Of a DNA stretch of 64,000 nt, positions 1-11,119 are shown piece after piece; the first letter of the stretch is position 1; each line of letters begins with the position of its first letter. The translations under genes were made by a program, and so were the position numbers. Origin of the DNA: Escherichia coli (GTDB lineage: Bacteria; Pseudomonadota; Gammaproteobacteria; Enterobacterales; Enterobacteriaceae). The stretch lies in the NCBI RefSeq assembly GCF_030013205.1, contig NZ_CP122648.1. The stretch is one strand, 5' to 3'. The notes beneath the pieces are model-generated. The model saw only the letters and a program-made list of their open reading frames with translations, was not told where the DNA came from and made no database searches.

Positions 1-817
1 TTTTTGGGGTCATTACCCGGCGAGCGCCAACATAGTGGCGCTGCCAGTAGTCTTCACTGAGAGAAGTGATTTGAATTTCTTGGCCCGTGCGCGGTGACTG
101 AATAAATTTGCCGTTGCCGACATACACGCCGACATGATCGGCTGTACCGCGTCCCTGAGTACGGAAGAAGACCAGGTCGCCGTTTTTCAGTTCACTACGT
201 TCGATAGGTGCTGCATCACGCAGGTGATACATTTCATTCGCCGTACGCGGAATACGAATTTTCACCAAATCTTTATAAGCGTAATAAACCAGGCCGCTGC
301 AATCAAAACCGGTACGCGGTGAGCTGCCACCCCAACGATATGGCTTACCAATTTGCTGCATCAGTTTATTCATTGCCACTTTTGTGGCTTTTTGCACCTT
401 CGCTTTGTGTGCGTCGGCAAGGGTTCCTGACGCGGCATTTTTGACTTTCACACAATGCGATTTATAGCCCTTACGTTTGGTACACTTTTCGGTAAAGCTG
501 GCTGAGGCCGTTTTATTGACGACGTGTTTGCTGCGAGTTTTGGCGTTTTTAGAAGCGGTAATGGAAGATTTTTTAACGGAAGAAGCGGTTTTGCTTTTGG
601 TCGTACTTTTACTGGCGGCTTTTTTCGCTGTTTTCTGGCTGGCTTTCTGGGTCTTTTTGGTGGTTGCCGTGCTTTTCTTTTTATCTGCTTTTTTGGTGAT
701 ATGAGTGGTAGCAGAACTCTCCCTGGCTTGCTTTGAAGCATGGGCCATAGGCGTTAAAGGCAGGGTGGTAAAAAGTAAAGCACAGAGCGTGATCGAAATA
801 CGGTTTATCCGCGCCAC
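1..817 (-). CDS. mepH: NlpC/P60-family peptidoglycan endopeptidase MepH (YdhO); 3' end runs off window edge
   Basis: Hand translation of minus strand from GTG at 815-817 gives continuous frame MARINRISITLCALLFTTLPLTPMAHA (signal peptide), K/T-rich linker, then NlpC/P60 domain (FDCSGLV...HVGVYVG) to position 1 without stop. Start codon choice (GTG 817 vs ATG ~748) uncertain. Confidence 0.85.
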   Translation of the reverse strand, partial: MARINRISITLCALLFTTLPLTPMAHASKQARESSATTHITKKADKKKSTATTKKTQKASQKTAKKAASKSTTKSKTASSVKKSSITASKNAKTRSKHVVNKTASASFTEKCTKRKGYKSHCVKVKNAASGTLADAHKAKVQKATKVAMNKLMQQIGKPYRWGGSSPRTGFDCSGLVYYAYKDLVKIRIPRTANEMYHLRDAAPIERSELKNGDLVFFRTQGRGTADHVGVYVGNGKFIQSPRTGQEIQITSLSEDYWQRHYVGARRVMTPK

Positions 818-1151
818 TGAGCGTCCCTCTGTTAAGGCAGGTCTATCATGCCTGCGTCTGATTTACAAAACTTGATGATTCTAATGCATAGAAGAAGAGA
901 AAGTTAATAGCTTTTATTGTTAAAAAATACGTTTCGTCGGCGAGCGCAAAAAAATGCAGCAGTGAAAGCTAAAAATGGTCATAAATACGCCAGTTTGCCT
1001 TGCGTCAGGGAAGAAACGAATATTTGAAATGCAACAATTAGAGCAAAGGGATAAAATAGCAAAAGCGTGATGAAAATGTTATTTCCCGATGCCGCACTGA
1101 CCCGCTACAATGTCAGATTACTGCCGTAAAGAAGTTTGAGGAAGCAAGACA

Positions 1152-1499
1152 ATGAGCACCACTATCGAAAAAATCCAACGCCAGATTGCTGAAAACCCGA
1201 TCCTGCTGTACATGAAAGGTTCACCGAAACTGCCGAGCTGCGGTTTCTCTGCCCAGGCAGTCCAGGCGCTTGCCGCATGTGGCGAACGTTTTGCCTATGT
1301 TGATATCCTGCAGAATCCGGACATTCGTGCGGAACTGCCGAAATATGCTAACTGGCCGACCTTCCCGCAACTGTGGGTTGACGGCGAGCTGGTCGGCGGT
1401 TGTGATATCGTGATCGAAATGTATCAGCGTGGCGAACTGCAGCAGCTGATCAAAGAAACTGCCGCTAAATACAAGTCTGAAGAGCCGGACGCTGAATAA
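1152..1499 (+). CDS. grxD: monothiol glutaredoxin Grx4
   Basis: 115-aa ORF with CGFS active-site motif (KLPSCGFS); recognised as E. coli GrxD. Confidence 0.95.
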   Translation: MSTTIEKIQRQIAENPILLYMKGSPKLPSCGFSAQAVQALAACGERFAYVDILQNPDIRAELPKYANWPTFPQLWVDGELVGGCDIVIEMYQRGELQQLIKETAAKYKSEEPDAE

Positions 1500-1513
1500 T
1501 CCGTCCTGCAATA

Positions 1514-1541
1514 CTGACGGATGCGAACGGGCATCCGTCAG
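1514..1541. terminator. perfect 11-bp-stem hairpin between convergent grxD and lhr (candidate bidirectional terminator)
   Basis: ctgacggatgc-gaacgg-gcatccgtcag read directly, located between the two stop codons. Confidence 0.6.
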
Positions 1542-1549
1542 TCCTTTCT

Positions 1550-4500
1550 CTATCCCCAATCCAGTCCTTGTGGCGAACTTGAAAATCCCGCCTCACGCAG
1601 CAGCGTAAACATCGGCGTTTGCCGGACCGGTAGGTCATTCACTTCTGTTAGCGTAAAGCGCAGCCGTGGTTCGCGACGCAGTGCGGTAGTCAGCGCGTGG
1701 AAAATCTCTGGGGCGAGTAATTCCTCTTTTTCCTGCCAGACCAGCATTTTTTTGCCACCTTGCGCCAGATAGAGTAACAATTTGCCGCCAGAAACGACCA
1801 CCAGCGCACCCGCCCGACGCGTTGGTATCAGCGTTGCCGGATGTGCAGGCCAGGGCAGAAGATTTCCCCATGCATTAGCCGGATCGTTGGCGGAGAGCGC
1901 CACTGGTGTATAGTGGCGCGTTTGCGCGGTTTGTGTCGCCAGATCGCGCAATCGGTCAATAGTCAGACGTTCAGCGAATTGCGCGCCACCCAGACCTTCT
2001 ACAAAACGACCTCGCATAATTCGCCCGGAGTCTTCCATACTTCGACAAAGCGTTTGCATCGATGGAAACCCGCCAGGGATATTTTCGGCTATCACCGCCT
2101 GACGACTGATGATGCCGTAGCGGTCGAGCATATTTTCCGCCAGCGCCAGCATCCTTTCGGTATCGTTTAGTGGCTCCACCTGCAATAACGACCAGCGTCC
2201 AGCCAGATTTGGTGTGTTGTAAGACACCCGCGGCGAGACGGGTTGTGCATAGACAGGACGCCCACGACGAGCCCGGTGACTGCGGCGAGTTGAGGTGCGT
2301 GCGTTGGAACTGCTGCGGGTGAGGGCGCGTAACGGTGCCCAAATATCGCTGGTGATGACGACTTGCCAGACCAGCGCCCATAACGCCTCTTGCAGTGCCG
2401 AGGGATCAACCGATTCGCCGATTTTATCGCGTATCCGTTGGCTGATTTGTTGTGCAAACCAGGCTCCTCCGTCAGCCAGAACCGTGACTATCGCTTGCTG
2501 CAGTGCCGAACGATTCGCCTGATTCGCTTCGGCGGGAGTGAACGATTCTGCAGCATATTCCTGTAGATGCAGTGCCACCAGGCCGTCATCTTCACCCAGT
2601 TTTTTTGCCCCGACCAGATAACCGCACCGGTTGCCAGTAATTCATCGAGCATTTCTGGCGAATAGTCGCGTACGCGGGCAGGCAGGATCTGGCTTTCCCA
2701 GAGTGAGGCGGGTAAACCGACTCCGGCAAGCTGTTCGATCACCCGCATGACGCCATCCACGCCCTCATAAACGCCTGGCGATGTTGAGGCAAAGAGTGCC
2801 GGGCTACCATCGGTGGCGGGTAATACGCCCTGACGTTCCAGCAGCAATCGCGCATAGGTCGTGGCCGCAACGGGACGTGTCGCTTCTCTGGCGGCTTGCA
2901 GCGAGCGCAAACGCAGACGACGAAATACTTCATCGCTCACCCAGATGTCTTGTTGCAGATTCATCACCAGCCCCTGTTCGCGCAGTTGCTGAAGTTGCTC
3001 TTCGACAATGGCAATACCGAGACTAAACTCATGAGCCAGTTGTTCAGACGTGACCAGAGCATGAGCCCGGAGATAGCGCAGAAAGAGGTCGCGAAGCGGG
3101 TAACTGACTCGGTGCAAATAAATCTCTGGCAGTGACTCTGGTAGTCGTACGCCGAGAGCATCGCGCAGCCTGGCGGCATCATCCATACAGGCAAGACGCT
3201 CCTGCCCGCTAATCATGGTCGGGAAGATTCGTTTTACTGCAAGAAGATTTTCCAGATACGACGCAATCTCTTCACTGCTGCCTGTATGTCGTTGCGCCAG
3301 GTCTTCAACGGTCATTGGCCCCAGTTCGCGCAGCAGGTCGAACAATCCTTCTTCACCTTTCGCTCTTCTGCCAGGAGCCAGTCGTTGCAACTCTTCTTCC
3401 ACCTGGCGAATGACCTGTGGGTCGAGTAATTCCCCCGGATCGACCTGTCCGAGTAGATTGCGCAGTAACTCGCTGTCCAGCGACAGTACGGATGCCCGGC
3501 GCTCTGCCAGCGGGGCGTCGCTCTGGTACATAAATTCCGCGACATAGCCGAACAATAAACTGGCGGCGAAAGGCGAGGGCGTAGTGGTCGTTACATCGGA
3601 TATTTGAATTTCGCCACCGTTCAGGCGACGCATCAAACGTTCCAGCGCGGGAAGATCATAAACATCTTGCAGACATTCGCGTAGGGTTTCGAGAATGACC
3701 GGAAAATCCGGATATCCCTGAGCGATTTCCAGCAACTGACTGGCGCGCAGCCGTTGTTGCCAGAGCGGGGTGCGATGGCCCGGCGTGCGGCCCGGCATTA
3801 ATAATGCCCGCGCGGCGCATTCGCGAAAACGGGCGGCGAAAAGTGCCGAGCTGCCTACCGCCTCGCGGACAATTTGCAGCAACTTTTCTGGTTCAAACAA
3901 AAAAATCGCGGCATCAGGCAATTTACCATCGGTGTCAGGAATGCGCGCAACAATGCCGTCATCACTGGCTACCACAGACGCGTCAGCGCCCCATAGTGCA
4001 TGTATTCGCCCGGCAATCGCCAGCGCCCAGGGTTCATGCACCCGTCTTCCATAGGGAGAGTGCAAAATAATACGCCAGTCACCAATTTCATCACGGCACC
4101 GTTCGAGGACCAGATGACGACTACCTGGAACGATGCCCGTCGCGTTGCGCTGCTCGTCAATCAACCCCTGAATATTGGCGATCGTATTTTCTTCTGCCAA
4201 CCACGGGGGAATAGTCCCGGAAAAGAACGCGCCATCCGCCAGTAAATGGAGAAAATCGCCGATCATCTCGCCTAATTCTGCCGGACGTCCGTTACCTTCA
4301 CCACGCCAGAAGGGAAGGCGGGCAGAACGACCTGGAGCAGGAGTCACAATCACCTGATCGCGGGTGATTTGCTGGATCCGCCATGAGGTAGCGCCGAGAG
4401 TGATAATGTCGTTCACCCGCGACTCATATACCATCTCCTCATCCAGTTCACCCACCCGCCGCGAACCGGCCTGTTCTTCACCTTCGGGTAATAACACGCT

Positions 4501-6165
4501 ATACATGCCACGATCCGGAATGGTGCCACCGCTGGTAACCGCCAACAGCTGAGCGCCAGGTCGGGCGGTCAATATCCCGGTCTCCCTGTTCCAGACCAGT
4601 TTTGGTCGAAAAGCAGAAAAATCGCCAGAGGGATAGCGCCCGGAAAGCATATCCAGCGTGGCGTCAAAAACACGTCTTGGCAGATCTTTCCACGGTGCGG
4701 CACGGCGTACGCGGGAGTACCATTCGTCTGCCTGTAATGCATCCATCGCCGCGGCGGCAACGGTTTGCTGCGCAAGGACGTCGAGTGGATTATGCGGTGG
4801 TGTCAGGTTTTCCAGCCTGCCTGCGAACATACACTCAACAATGACTGCGGAATCGACTAAATCACGCCTGGTTCGGGGGAAAAAAAGCCCTTTGGAGATA
4901 CCACCTACCTGGTGTCCGGCACGTCCAATGCGTTGTAACCCACTGGCAACAGAAAGCGGCGTTGCCACCTGAATCACCAGATCCACCGCGCCCATATCAA
5001 TCCCCAGTTCGAGACTGGAGGTTGCGACCACACAGCGTAATTCACCCGATTTCAGCGCCTGTTCGGTGATTGCTCGTTGTTCTTTAGAGACGGAGCCGTG
5101 GTGTGAGCGGGCAATAAAAATGTCGCTACTTTGTATACGGTTAGAGGTTGCGCCGGAGGTCGACTCGAAATGGACCGCATCAACGGCGATAGACGGGGAA
5201 CGCTGTAAGCGTGCGGCGTAAAGTTCATTCAATCGTGCCGTCAGTTTTTCCGCCAGCCCGCGTGAATTAGTAAAGACAATGGTCGAGCGATGGCGCAAAA
5301 CTTCATCAAGGATACCCGTTTCAATATATGGCCAGATGGAGCCTTCTCGGCCGGCATGGCTGTCTTCGCCGGTGCCGCTGGCGACCGATGAGACATCATC
5401 CATATTGGCGACCGGTACGACAATCCGTATCTGCGGATGGCGCATTGCGGGCGGGTTTACTACCGTAACCGGGCGATCGCCACCAAGAAATGCTGCAACA
5501 TCGCTGGCTGAGCGTACAGTGGCAGAAAGGCCAATTCGCTGTGCTGAGGTGTGGAGCAGCGCATCGAGCCGCTCCAGACTTAACGCCAGATGCGCACCAC
5601 GTTTACTGCCCGCTACCGCGTGGACTTCATCAATAATTACCGTTTCGACGCCGCGTAGCGTTTCGCGCGCGCGGGAGGTCAGCATCAGATAGAGTGATTC
5701 GGGTGTGGTGATCAGAATATCCGGCGGATTACGGGTGAGTTTGCTGCGTTCCTGTGCAGGCGTATCGCCAGTACGGATCCCCACGCGAAGATTGACTTCC
5801 GTTTCGCCGCGCCGCCGCCGTTCATCGGCAATACCCTGTAACGGGATCTGCAAGTTGCGCTGAACGTCGGTGCCCAGAGCTTTGATCGGTGAAATATAGA
5901 GGATGCGTGAGGTTTTACGTTTATGCGCCTCGCGGGTATCTTCGCCGCCTTCGCGGAAGAGCTGATCGAGGGCGTAGAGAAATGCTGCCAGCGTTTTCCC
6001 GGAGCCAGTCGGTGCAATCACCAGCGCATGTTCGCCTCGCGCCGCCACATGCCAGGTTTGCGACTGGACAGCGGTCGGCTGTTTAAAGGCGCGAAGAAAC
6101 CAGTCGCGGGTTGCCGGTGAAAACACGTCCGGCAGGGGCGATGAAAGGTTTGGATTATCTGCCAT
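1550..6165 (-). pseudogene. lhr: Lhr large ATP-dependent SF2 helicase, interrupted by a -1 frameshift (ORFs 2488..6165 and 1550..2578)
   Basis: 1225-aa ORF has helicase motifs (APTGSGKT, DEVH) and a 342-aa ORF continues the Lhr C-terminal region in another frame; frames meet at the T7 run at ~2600..2606. Confidence 0.85.
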
Positions 6166-6257
6166 TAACGCTATTCCCCGTGAATATCATGCATGATGCG
6201 TGGAATAGCCTCACTATAGATGCCTGAATCATTGCATGTCATCAGGCATCGACTCGA

Positions 6258-6905
6258 TTACACCTCTTCGGCGGCAGGTAGCGGCCAGCCTCCCAGACGT
6301 TTCCAGCGGTTGACGATTTCACAAAACAGCACAGCAGTGCGTTCGGTGTCGTACAGCGCGGAGTGCGCCTGGGTGCTGTCGAAGTCCATGCCAGCGGTCT
6401 GGCAAGCCTTTGACAATACGGTTTGTCCGAGTGCCAGCCCGGCAAGTGCAGCAGTGTCAAAAGTGGCGAAAGGGTGGAACGGGTTACGTTTCAGTGAGGC
6501 GCGTTCTGCGGCGGCCATCATAAAGCTGTGATCGAAATTGGCGTTGTGCGCCACCATAATGGCGCGGTTACAGCCGCTCGCTTTAATGCCTTTACGTACA
6601 ACTTTAAAAATTTCGTGCAGCGCCTCGTATTCGCTGACCGCGCCGCGATCGGGATCGTTCGGGTCAATGCCGTTGAAGGCGAGGGCCTCTGGCTGCAAAT
6701 TTGCGCCGACAAATGGTTCGACGTGGAAATGTAATGTGGTGTCCGGCATCAGCCAGCCTTGTTCATCCATTTTCAGGGTGATGGCGGCAATCTCAAGCAG
6801 CGCATCGGTTTTGGCGTTAAATCCGGCTGTTTCAACATCGATCACAACAGGATAAAAACCACGAAAACGGTCGCACAGACCGGTAAGTTGAGCGTTATCG
6901 GACAT
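6258..6905 (-). CDS. rnt: ribonuclease T
   Basis: 215-aa ORF recognised as RNase T (DEDD exonuclease, VIDVETAGF). Confidence 0.95.
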
Positions 6906-7007
6906 CTGATTCTCTTAATACGGATAAATTGCAGCGCGCATTATGACAAATATTACTTGTCGATGCAGTAAAGATGCGGGCGCGATGAGTTCACGCCCGG
7001 CAGGAGA

Positions 7008-7415
7008 TTAGTTGCCCAGACCGCGACCGGCGTCTTTCTCTTCGATTAACTCAATTTTGTAACCGTCCGGATCTTCCACAAACGCGATAACCGTAGTACC
7101 GCCTTTTACCGGACCCGCTTCACGGGTGACGTTACCCCCGTTTTGACGGATTTTTTCGCACGCTTCAGCGGCGTTATCAACGCTAAGCGCGATGTGACCA
7201 TAAGCCGTGCCGAGTTCGTATTTATCCACGCCCCAGTTGTAGGTCAGTTCAATCACCGCTTCTTCGGTTTCCGGGCCGTAGCCAACAAACGCCAGTGAGT
7301 ATTTGTATTCCGGGTTTTCGCTGGTACGCAGCAGTTTCATGCCCAGTACTTTGGTATAAAAATCGATGGAGCGTTGCAGATCGCCAACGCGCAGCATGGT
7401 ATGAAGAAGACGCAT
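7008..7415 (-). CDS. gloA: glyoxalase I (lactoylglutathione lyase)
   Basis: 135-aa [23 protein letters not shown]... recognised as GloA. Confidence 0.95.
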
Positions 7416-7495
7416 CTTTATATCCTCAAAATGGCTAACAGATTCAAAATGTTGTTTTAGTATAGCGGCGGCTTTGCGCCGCTCGCAATGTTGGA

Positions 7496-8593
7496 TTATA
7501 GCGTCGGGTAATCAGTGTAGCCTTCCGCGCCGCCACCGTAAAAACTTTCGGCACGCTGTGGGTTAAGCTCAGCTTTGCGCTGCAAGCGGGCGACCAGATC
7601 CGGGTTCGCAATCCAGTCACGACCAAATGCCACCGCATCAATTAACCCTTTGCCAATCAGCGTTTCGGCTTTTTCTACCGTGTATGCACCTGCGCCGATA
7701 ATCGGACCGTGGAAACGGGCGCGTACTTTTTCGCGGAACGCATCAGTATACGGTTCACCTCCCGCCCAATCTGGTTCTGACATATGCAGATAAGCAATGC
7801 CGCGTTTACCCAGTTGTTCAATCAGATACAGTGCATCGGCTTCTTCATTCGGGCCGTTATCCGTGTTCTGGAAAGTACCGATTGGCGAAACGCGAATGCC
7901 AATGCGATCGGCCCCCCATTCTTCAATCCCTGCATCGACCACTTCCAGCACCAGACGTGCGCGATTTTCCACGCTGCCGCCGTACTGATCGGTACGATGG
8001 TTTGAAGAAGGAGAAAGGAACTGATGCAGCAAATAACCATGAGCAGAGTGGAGCTCTACCAGATCAAAACCGGCTTCACGCGCGTTAGCAATGGCCTGAC
8101 GGAAATCATTGACGATACCCGGAATCTCTTCCAGTTCAAGCGCACGCGGCATGGATGTTTCAACACGGATCGCCTGACCATTTTCATCGCGCAGAGAAGT
8201 ACGTGTTCCCGCGCTAAGTGCGGAAGGCGCTACCGGTGCCTGACCGCCAGGTTGCAGGCTGGCGTGAGAAATGCGTCCGGTGTGCCACAGCTGTACGGCC
8301 ATATGACCATTTTCAGCATGAACGCCAGCGGTAATTTTTTTCCATGCGGCAATTTGTTCCGGACTATGGATGCCAGGTGCACCAGCATACCCTTTTGCCT
8401 GGGCAGAAATTTGCGTGGCTTCGCTAATAATCAAACCGGCACTGGCACGTTGGCGATAGTATTCCGCCATCAACGGGGTAGGGATGTCACCCGGTTCAAT
8501 ACTGCGCAGACGCGTCAGCGGTGCCATAAAAATACGGTTTGCCGCCGTGATCGCGCCCACTTTCAGTGGGGAATACAGTTTTTCAGATGACAT
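7496..8593 (-). CDS. nemA: N-ethylmaleimide reductase (Old Yellow Enzyme family)
   Basis: 365-aa ORF, OYE-family flavin oxidoreductase; position between nemR and gloA. Confidence 0.95.
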
Positions 8594-8629
8594 AAAGGCT
8601 CCCGGTCGTCTGGTGATAAAAAATGCCTG

Positions 8630-9229
8630 CTAAACGGCAGGCGTCGCAATAATGGTTTTTACATGTGCCAGCGCGTTTTCCAGTGGCTCGGAATTGCGCG
8701 AAATTTTGGCCTGCAGATTCGCACCCAGCCATAGTGCGTAAAGCACTTGTGCCTGTTGCAGCGGTTCGCCACAAAAGGTTAAACAATGGCTATCACGGCC
8801 ATTTTCCAGCGCCTGCGAGAGCAGAACGATCACGCCGCGAGCGCCTTTATCCATCGCGCTACGCATATCTTCTGACAGATCGCACACTTCGGCAGAGAGT
8901 TTTACTGTCAGGCAACCACTGATGGTTCCATGTTGGCAAAACTGGTTCAGTGTTTGCTGGTAATAAGCCAGTATGCGGTCGCGGTAGTTACCTTCGCCGG
9001 ATTGCAGCAACTCAGTCAGTCGCTGGTGATATGCGGCGTAATGGCGCTCAAGCATGGCAACGCCAAACGCTTCTTTAGAGCGAAAGTAGTGATAGAAGGA
9101 CCCTTTCGGCACTTCAGCGGTTTTTAGTAATTCGCTTAGCCCCATCCCGGTGAATCCACGTTGCAGGCAAAGTTGCTCGCCCGTTGCCAGGAGATGTTCG
9201 CGAGTATCATGTTCGGTGTGTTTGTTCAT
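8630..9229 (-). CDS. nemR: TetR-family electrophile-sensing repressor NemR
   Basis: 199-aa ORF with N-terminal TetR HTH; first gene of nemR-nemA-gloA. Confidence 0.9.
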   Translation of the reverse strand: MNKHTEHDTREHLLATGEQLCLQRGFTGMGLSELLKTAEVPKGSFYHYFRSKEAFGVAMLERHYAAYHQRLTELLQSGEGNYRDRILAYYQQTLNQFCQHGTISGCLTVKLSAEVCDLSEDMRSAMDKGARGVIVLLSQALENGRDSHCLTFCGEPLQQAQVLYALWLGANLQAKISRNSEPLENALAHVKTIIATPAV

Positions 9230-9243
9230 GCGTTGGAGTGTAG

Positions 9244-9259
9244 TAGACCAGTCGGTCTA
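9244..9259. promoter_or_regulatory. inverted repeat TAGACC-n4-GGTCTA upstream of nemR (candidate NemR operator)
   Basis: tagaccagtcggtcta read directly in the nemR-ydhL divergent intergenic region; assignment to NemR is from memory of the NemR box. Confidence 0.5.
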
Positions 9260-9332
9260 GTGCAAGCAAAGTTGCTACTTTGGGCATTAACAGCTTCAAT
9301 AATGGTAATAATCTTATTTTGAGGAGGGCGAA

Positions 9333-9572
9333 GTGGCGGAGCAATTAGAGTTCTTTCCCGTCCAGAGCCCGTGCCGGGGAATTTGCCAGTCTGACGAACG
9401 CGGGTTTTGTCGCGGCTGTTTTCGTAGTCGGGATGAGCGTTTTAACTGGAATAAAATGAGCGATGGCGAAAAACAAGAGGTGCTGCGCCTTTGTCGGCAG
9501 CGATTAATGCGCAAATTACGCGCAAATAAGCCAGCGTCATCAGACGAACCGGAGCAACCATCACTCTTTTGA
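9333..9572 (+). CDS. ydhL: DUF1289 cysteine-rich small protein
   Basis: 79-aa ORF with CxxC...CxxC pattern; synteny. Confidence 0.85.
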   Translation: MAEQLEFFPVQSPCRGICQSDERGFCRGCFRSRDERFNWNKMSDGEKQEVLRLCRQRLMRKLRANKPASSDEPEQPSLF

Positions 9573-9620
9573 GCCTAATCTTGCGTATACTCCTCTCATA
9601 TCTGATAAGAGGAAGCGATT

Positions 9621-10517
9621 ATGGTTCAGCGTATTACTATTGCGCCGCAAGGCCCGGAGTTTTCCCGTTTTGTGATGGGCTACTGGCGATTGATGGACTG
9701 GAATATGTCCGCCCGCCAGCTGGTCAGTTTTATTGAAGAGCATCTGGATCTCGGCGTGACCACCGTGGACCATGCTGATATTTATGGTGGCTATCAGTGC
9801 GAAGCGGCGTTTGGCGAGGCGCTGAAACTTGCACCTCATCTGCGTGAACGGATGGAAATCGTCAGTAAATGCGGTATCGCGACGACCGCGCGTGAAGAAA
9901 ACGTCATTGGTCATTACATCACTGACCGCGATCACATCATTAAGAGCGCCGAACAGTCGCTAATTAATCTCGCGACCGATCATCTGGATCTGCTGTTAAT
10001 CCACCGACCAGACCCGTTAATGGATGCCGATGAAGTGGCGGACGCGTTTAAACATCTGCATCAGAGCGGCAAAGTGCGCCATTTTGGCGTATCGAACTTT
10101 ACGCCTGCGCAATTTGCCCTGTTGCAATCACGTCTGCCGTTTACCCTTGCCACTAATCAGGTGGAAATATCCCCGGTGCATCAGCCGTTACTGCTGGATG
10201 GCACGCTCGACCAACTGCAACAACTGCGTGTTCGTCCGATGGCGTGGTCCTGCCTTGGTGGTGGTCGTCTGTTTAATGATGATTATTTCCAGCCGCTGCG
10301 TGATGAACTGGCTGTGGTGGCGGAGGAGTTAAACGCGGGCTCGATTGAACAGGTGGTTTACGCCTGGGTATTACGTTTACCGTCGCAGCCGCTGCCAATT
10401 ATCGGCTCAGGTAAAATTGAGCGCGTACGGGCAGCTGTCGAAGCAGAAACACTGAAAATGACCCGTCAACAATGGTTCCGTATCCGTAAAGCGGCACTGG
10501 GTTACGACGTACCGTAA
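9621..10517 (+). CDS. ydhF: aldo-keto reductase family oxidoreductase
   Basis: 298-aa ORF; synteny with K-12 ydhF. Confidence 0.85.
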   Translation: MVQRITIAPQGPEFSRFVMGYWRLMDWNMSARQLVSFIEEHLDLGVTTVDHADIYGGYQCEAAFGEALKLAPHLRERMEIVSKCGIATTAREENVIGHYITDRDHIIKSAEQSLINLATDHLDLLLIHRPDPLMDADEVADAFKHLHQSGKVRHFGVSNFTPAQFALLQSRLPFTLATNQVEISPVHQPLLLDGTLDQLQQLRVRPMAWSCLGGGRLFNDDYFQPLRDELAVVAEELNAGSIEQVVYAWVLRLPSQPLPIIGSGKIERVRAAVEAETLKMTRQQWFRIRKAALGYDVP

Positions 10518-10597
10518 GCACTTTTAGGAATAGCCGCCGTTCAAAAATGTGTCACTGGTTTACACTTATTCAGGAATGCACAATGAACGGAGGTCCT

Positions 10598-11119
10598 ATG
10601 AAACGTTTTAGTCTGGCCATTCTGGCGCTGGTTGTTGCGACCGGCGCACAAGCTGCCAGTGAAAAAGTCGAGATGAACCTCGTCACGTCGCAAGGGGTTG
10701 GGCAGTCAATTGGTAGCGTCACCATTACTGAAACCGATAAAGGTCTGGAGTTTTCGCCCGATCTGAAAGCATTACCCCCCGGTGAACATGGCTTCCATAT
10801 TCATGCCAAAGGAAGCTGCCAGCCAGCCACCAAAGATGGCAAAGCCAGCGCCGCGGAATCCGCAGGCGGGCATCTTGATCCACAAAATACCGGTAAACAT
10901 GAAGGGCCAGAAGGTGCCGGGCATTTAGGCGATCTGCCTGCACTGGTCGTCAATAATGACGGCAAAGCTACCGATGCCGTCATCGCACCTCGTCTGAAAT
11001 CACTGGATGAAGTCAAAGACAAAGCACTGATGGTCCACGTTGGCGGCGATAATATGTCCGATCAACCTAAACCGCTGGGCGGTGGCGGTGAACGCTATGC
11101 CTGTGGTGTAATTAAGTAA
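10598..11119 (+). CDS. sodC: periplasmic Cu/Zn superoxide dismutase
   Basis: ORF trimmed to MKRFSLAILALVVATGAQA signal peptide start (173 aa); His-rich Cu/Zn SOD motifs. Confidence 0.9.
   Translation: MKRFSLAILALVVATGAQAASEKVEMNLVTSQGVGQSIGSVTITETDKGLEFSPDLKALPPGEHGFHIHAKGSCQPATKDGKASAAESAGGHLDPQNTGKHEGPEGAGHLGDLPALVVNNDGKATDAVIAPRLKSLDEVKDKALMVHVGGDNMSDQPKPLGGGGERYACGVIK

Noticed and set aside
448-741. 97-aa Lys/Pro/Arg-rich ORF on the minus strand
   Set aside because: It lies entirely inside mepH in a different frame. Hand translation shows the mepH frame is continuous through this region; the K-rich linker makes alternative frames stay open. Coding artefact.
1971-2457. Several 96–136-aa ORFs on both strands within the lhr C-terminal region
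   Set aside because: GC-rich coding region of lhr generates open alternative frames; the lhr frame explains the sequence.
6972-6996. Imperfect hairpin (gcgggcg...cgcccgg) between gloA and rnt
   Set aside because: Stem is imperfect and lacks a clear U-tract; could be a weak terminator or part of the rnt promoter, but not supportable from sequence alone.
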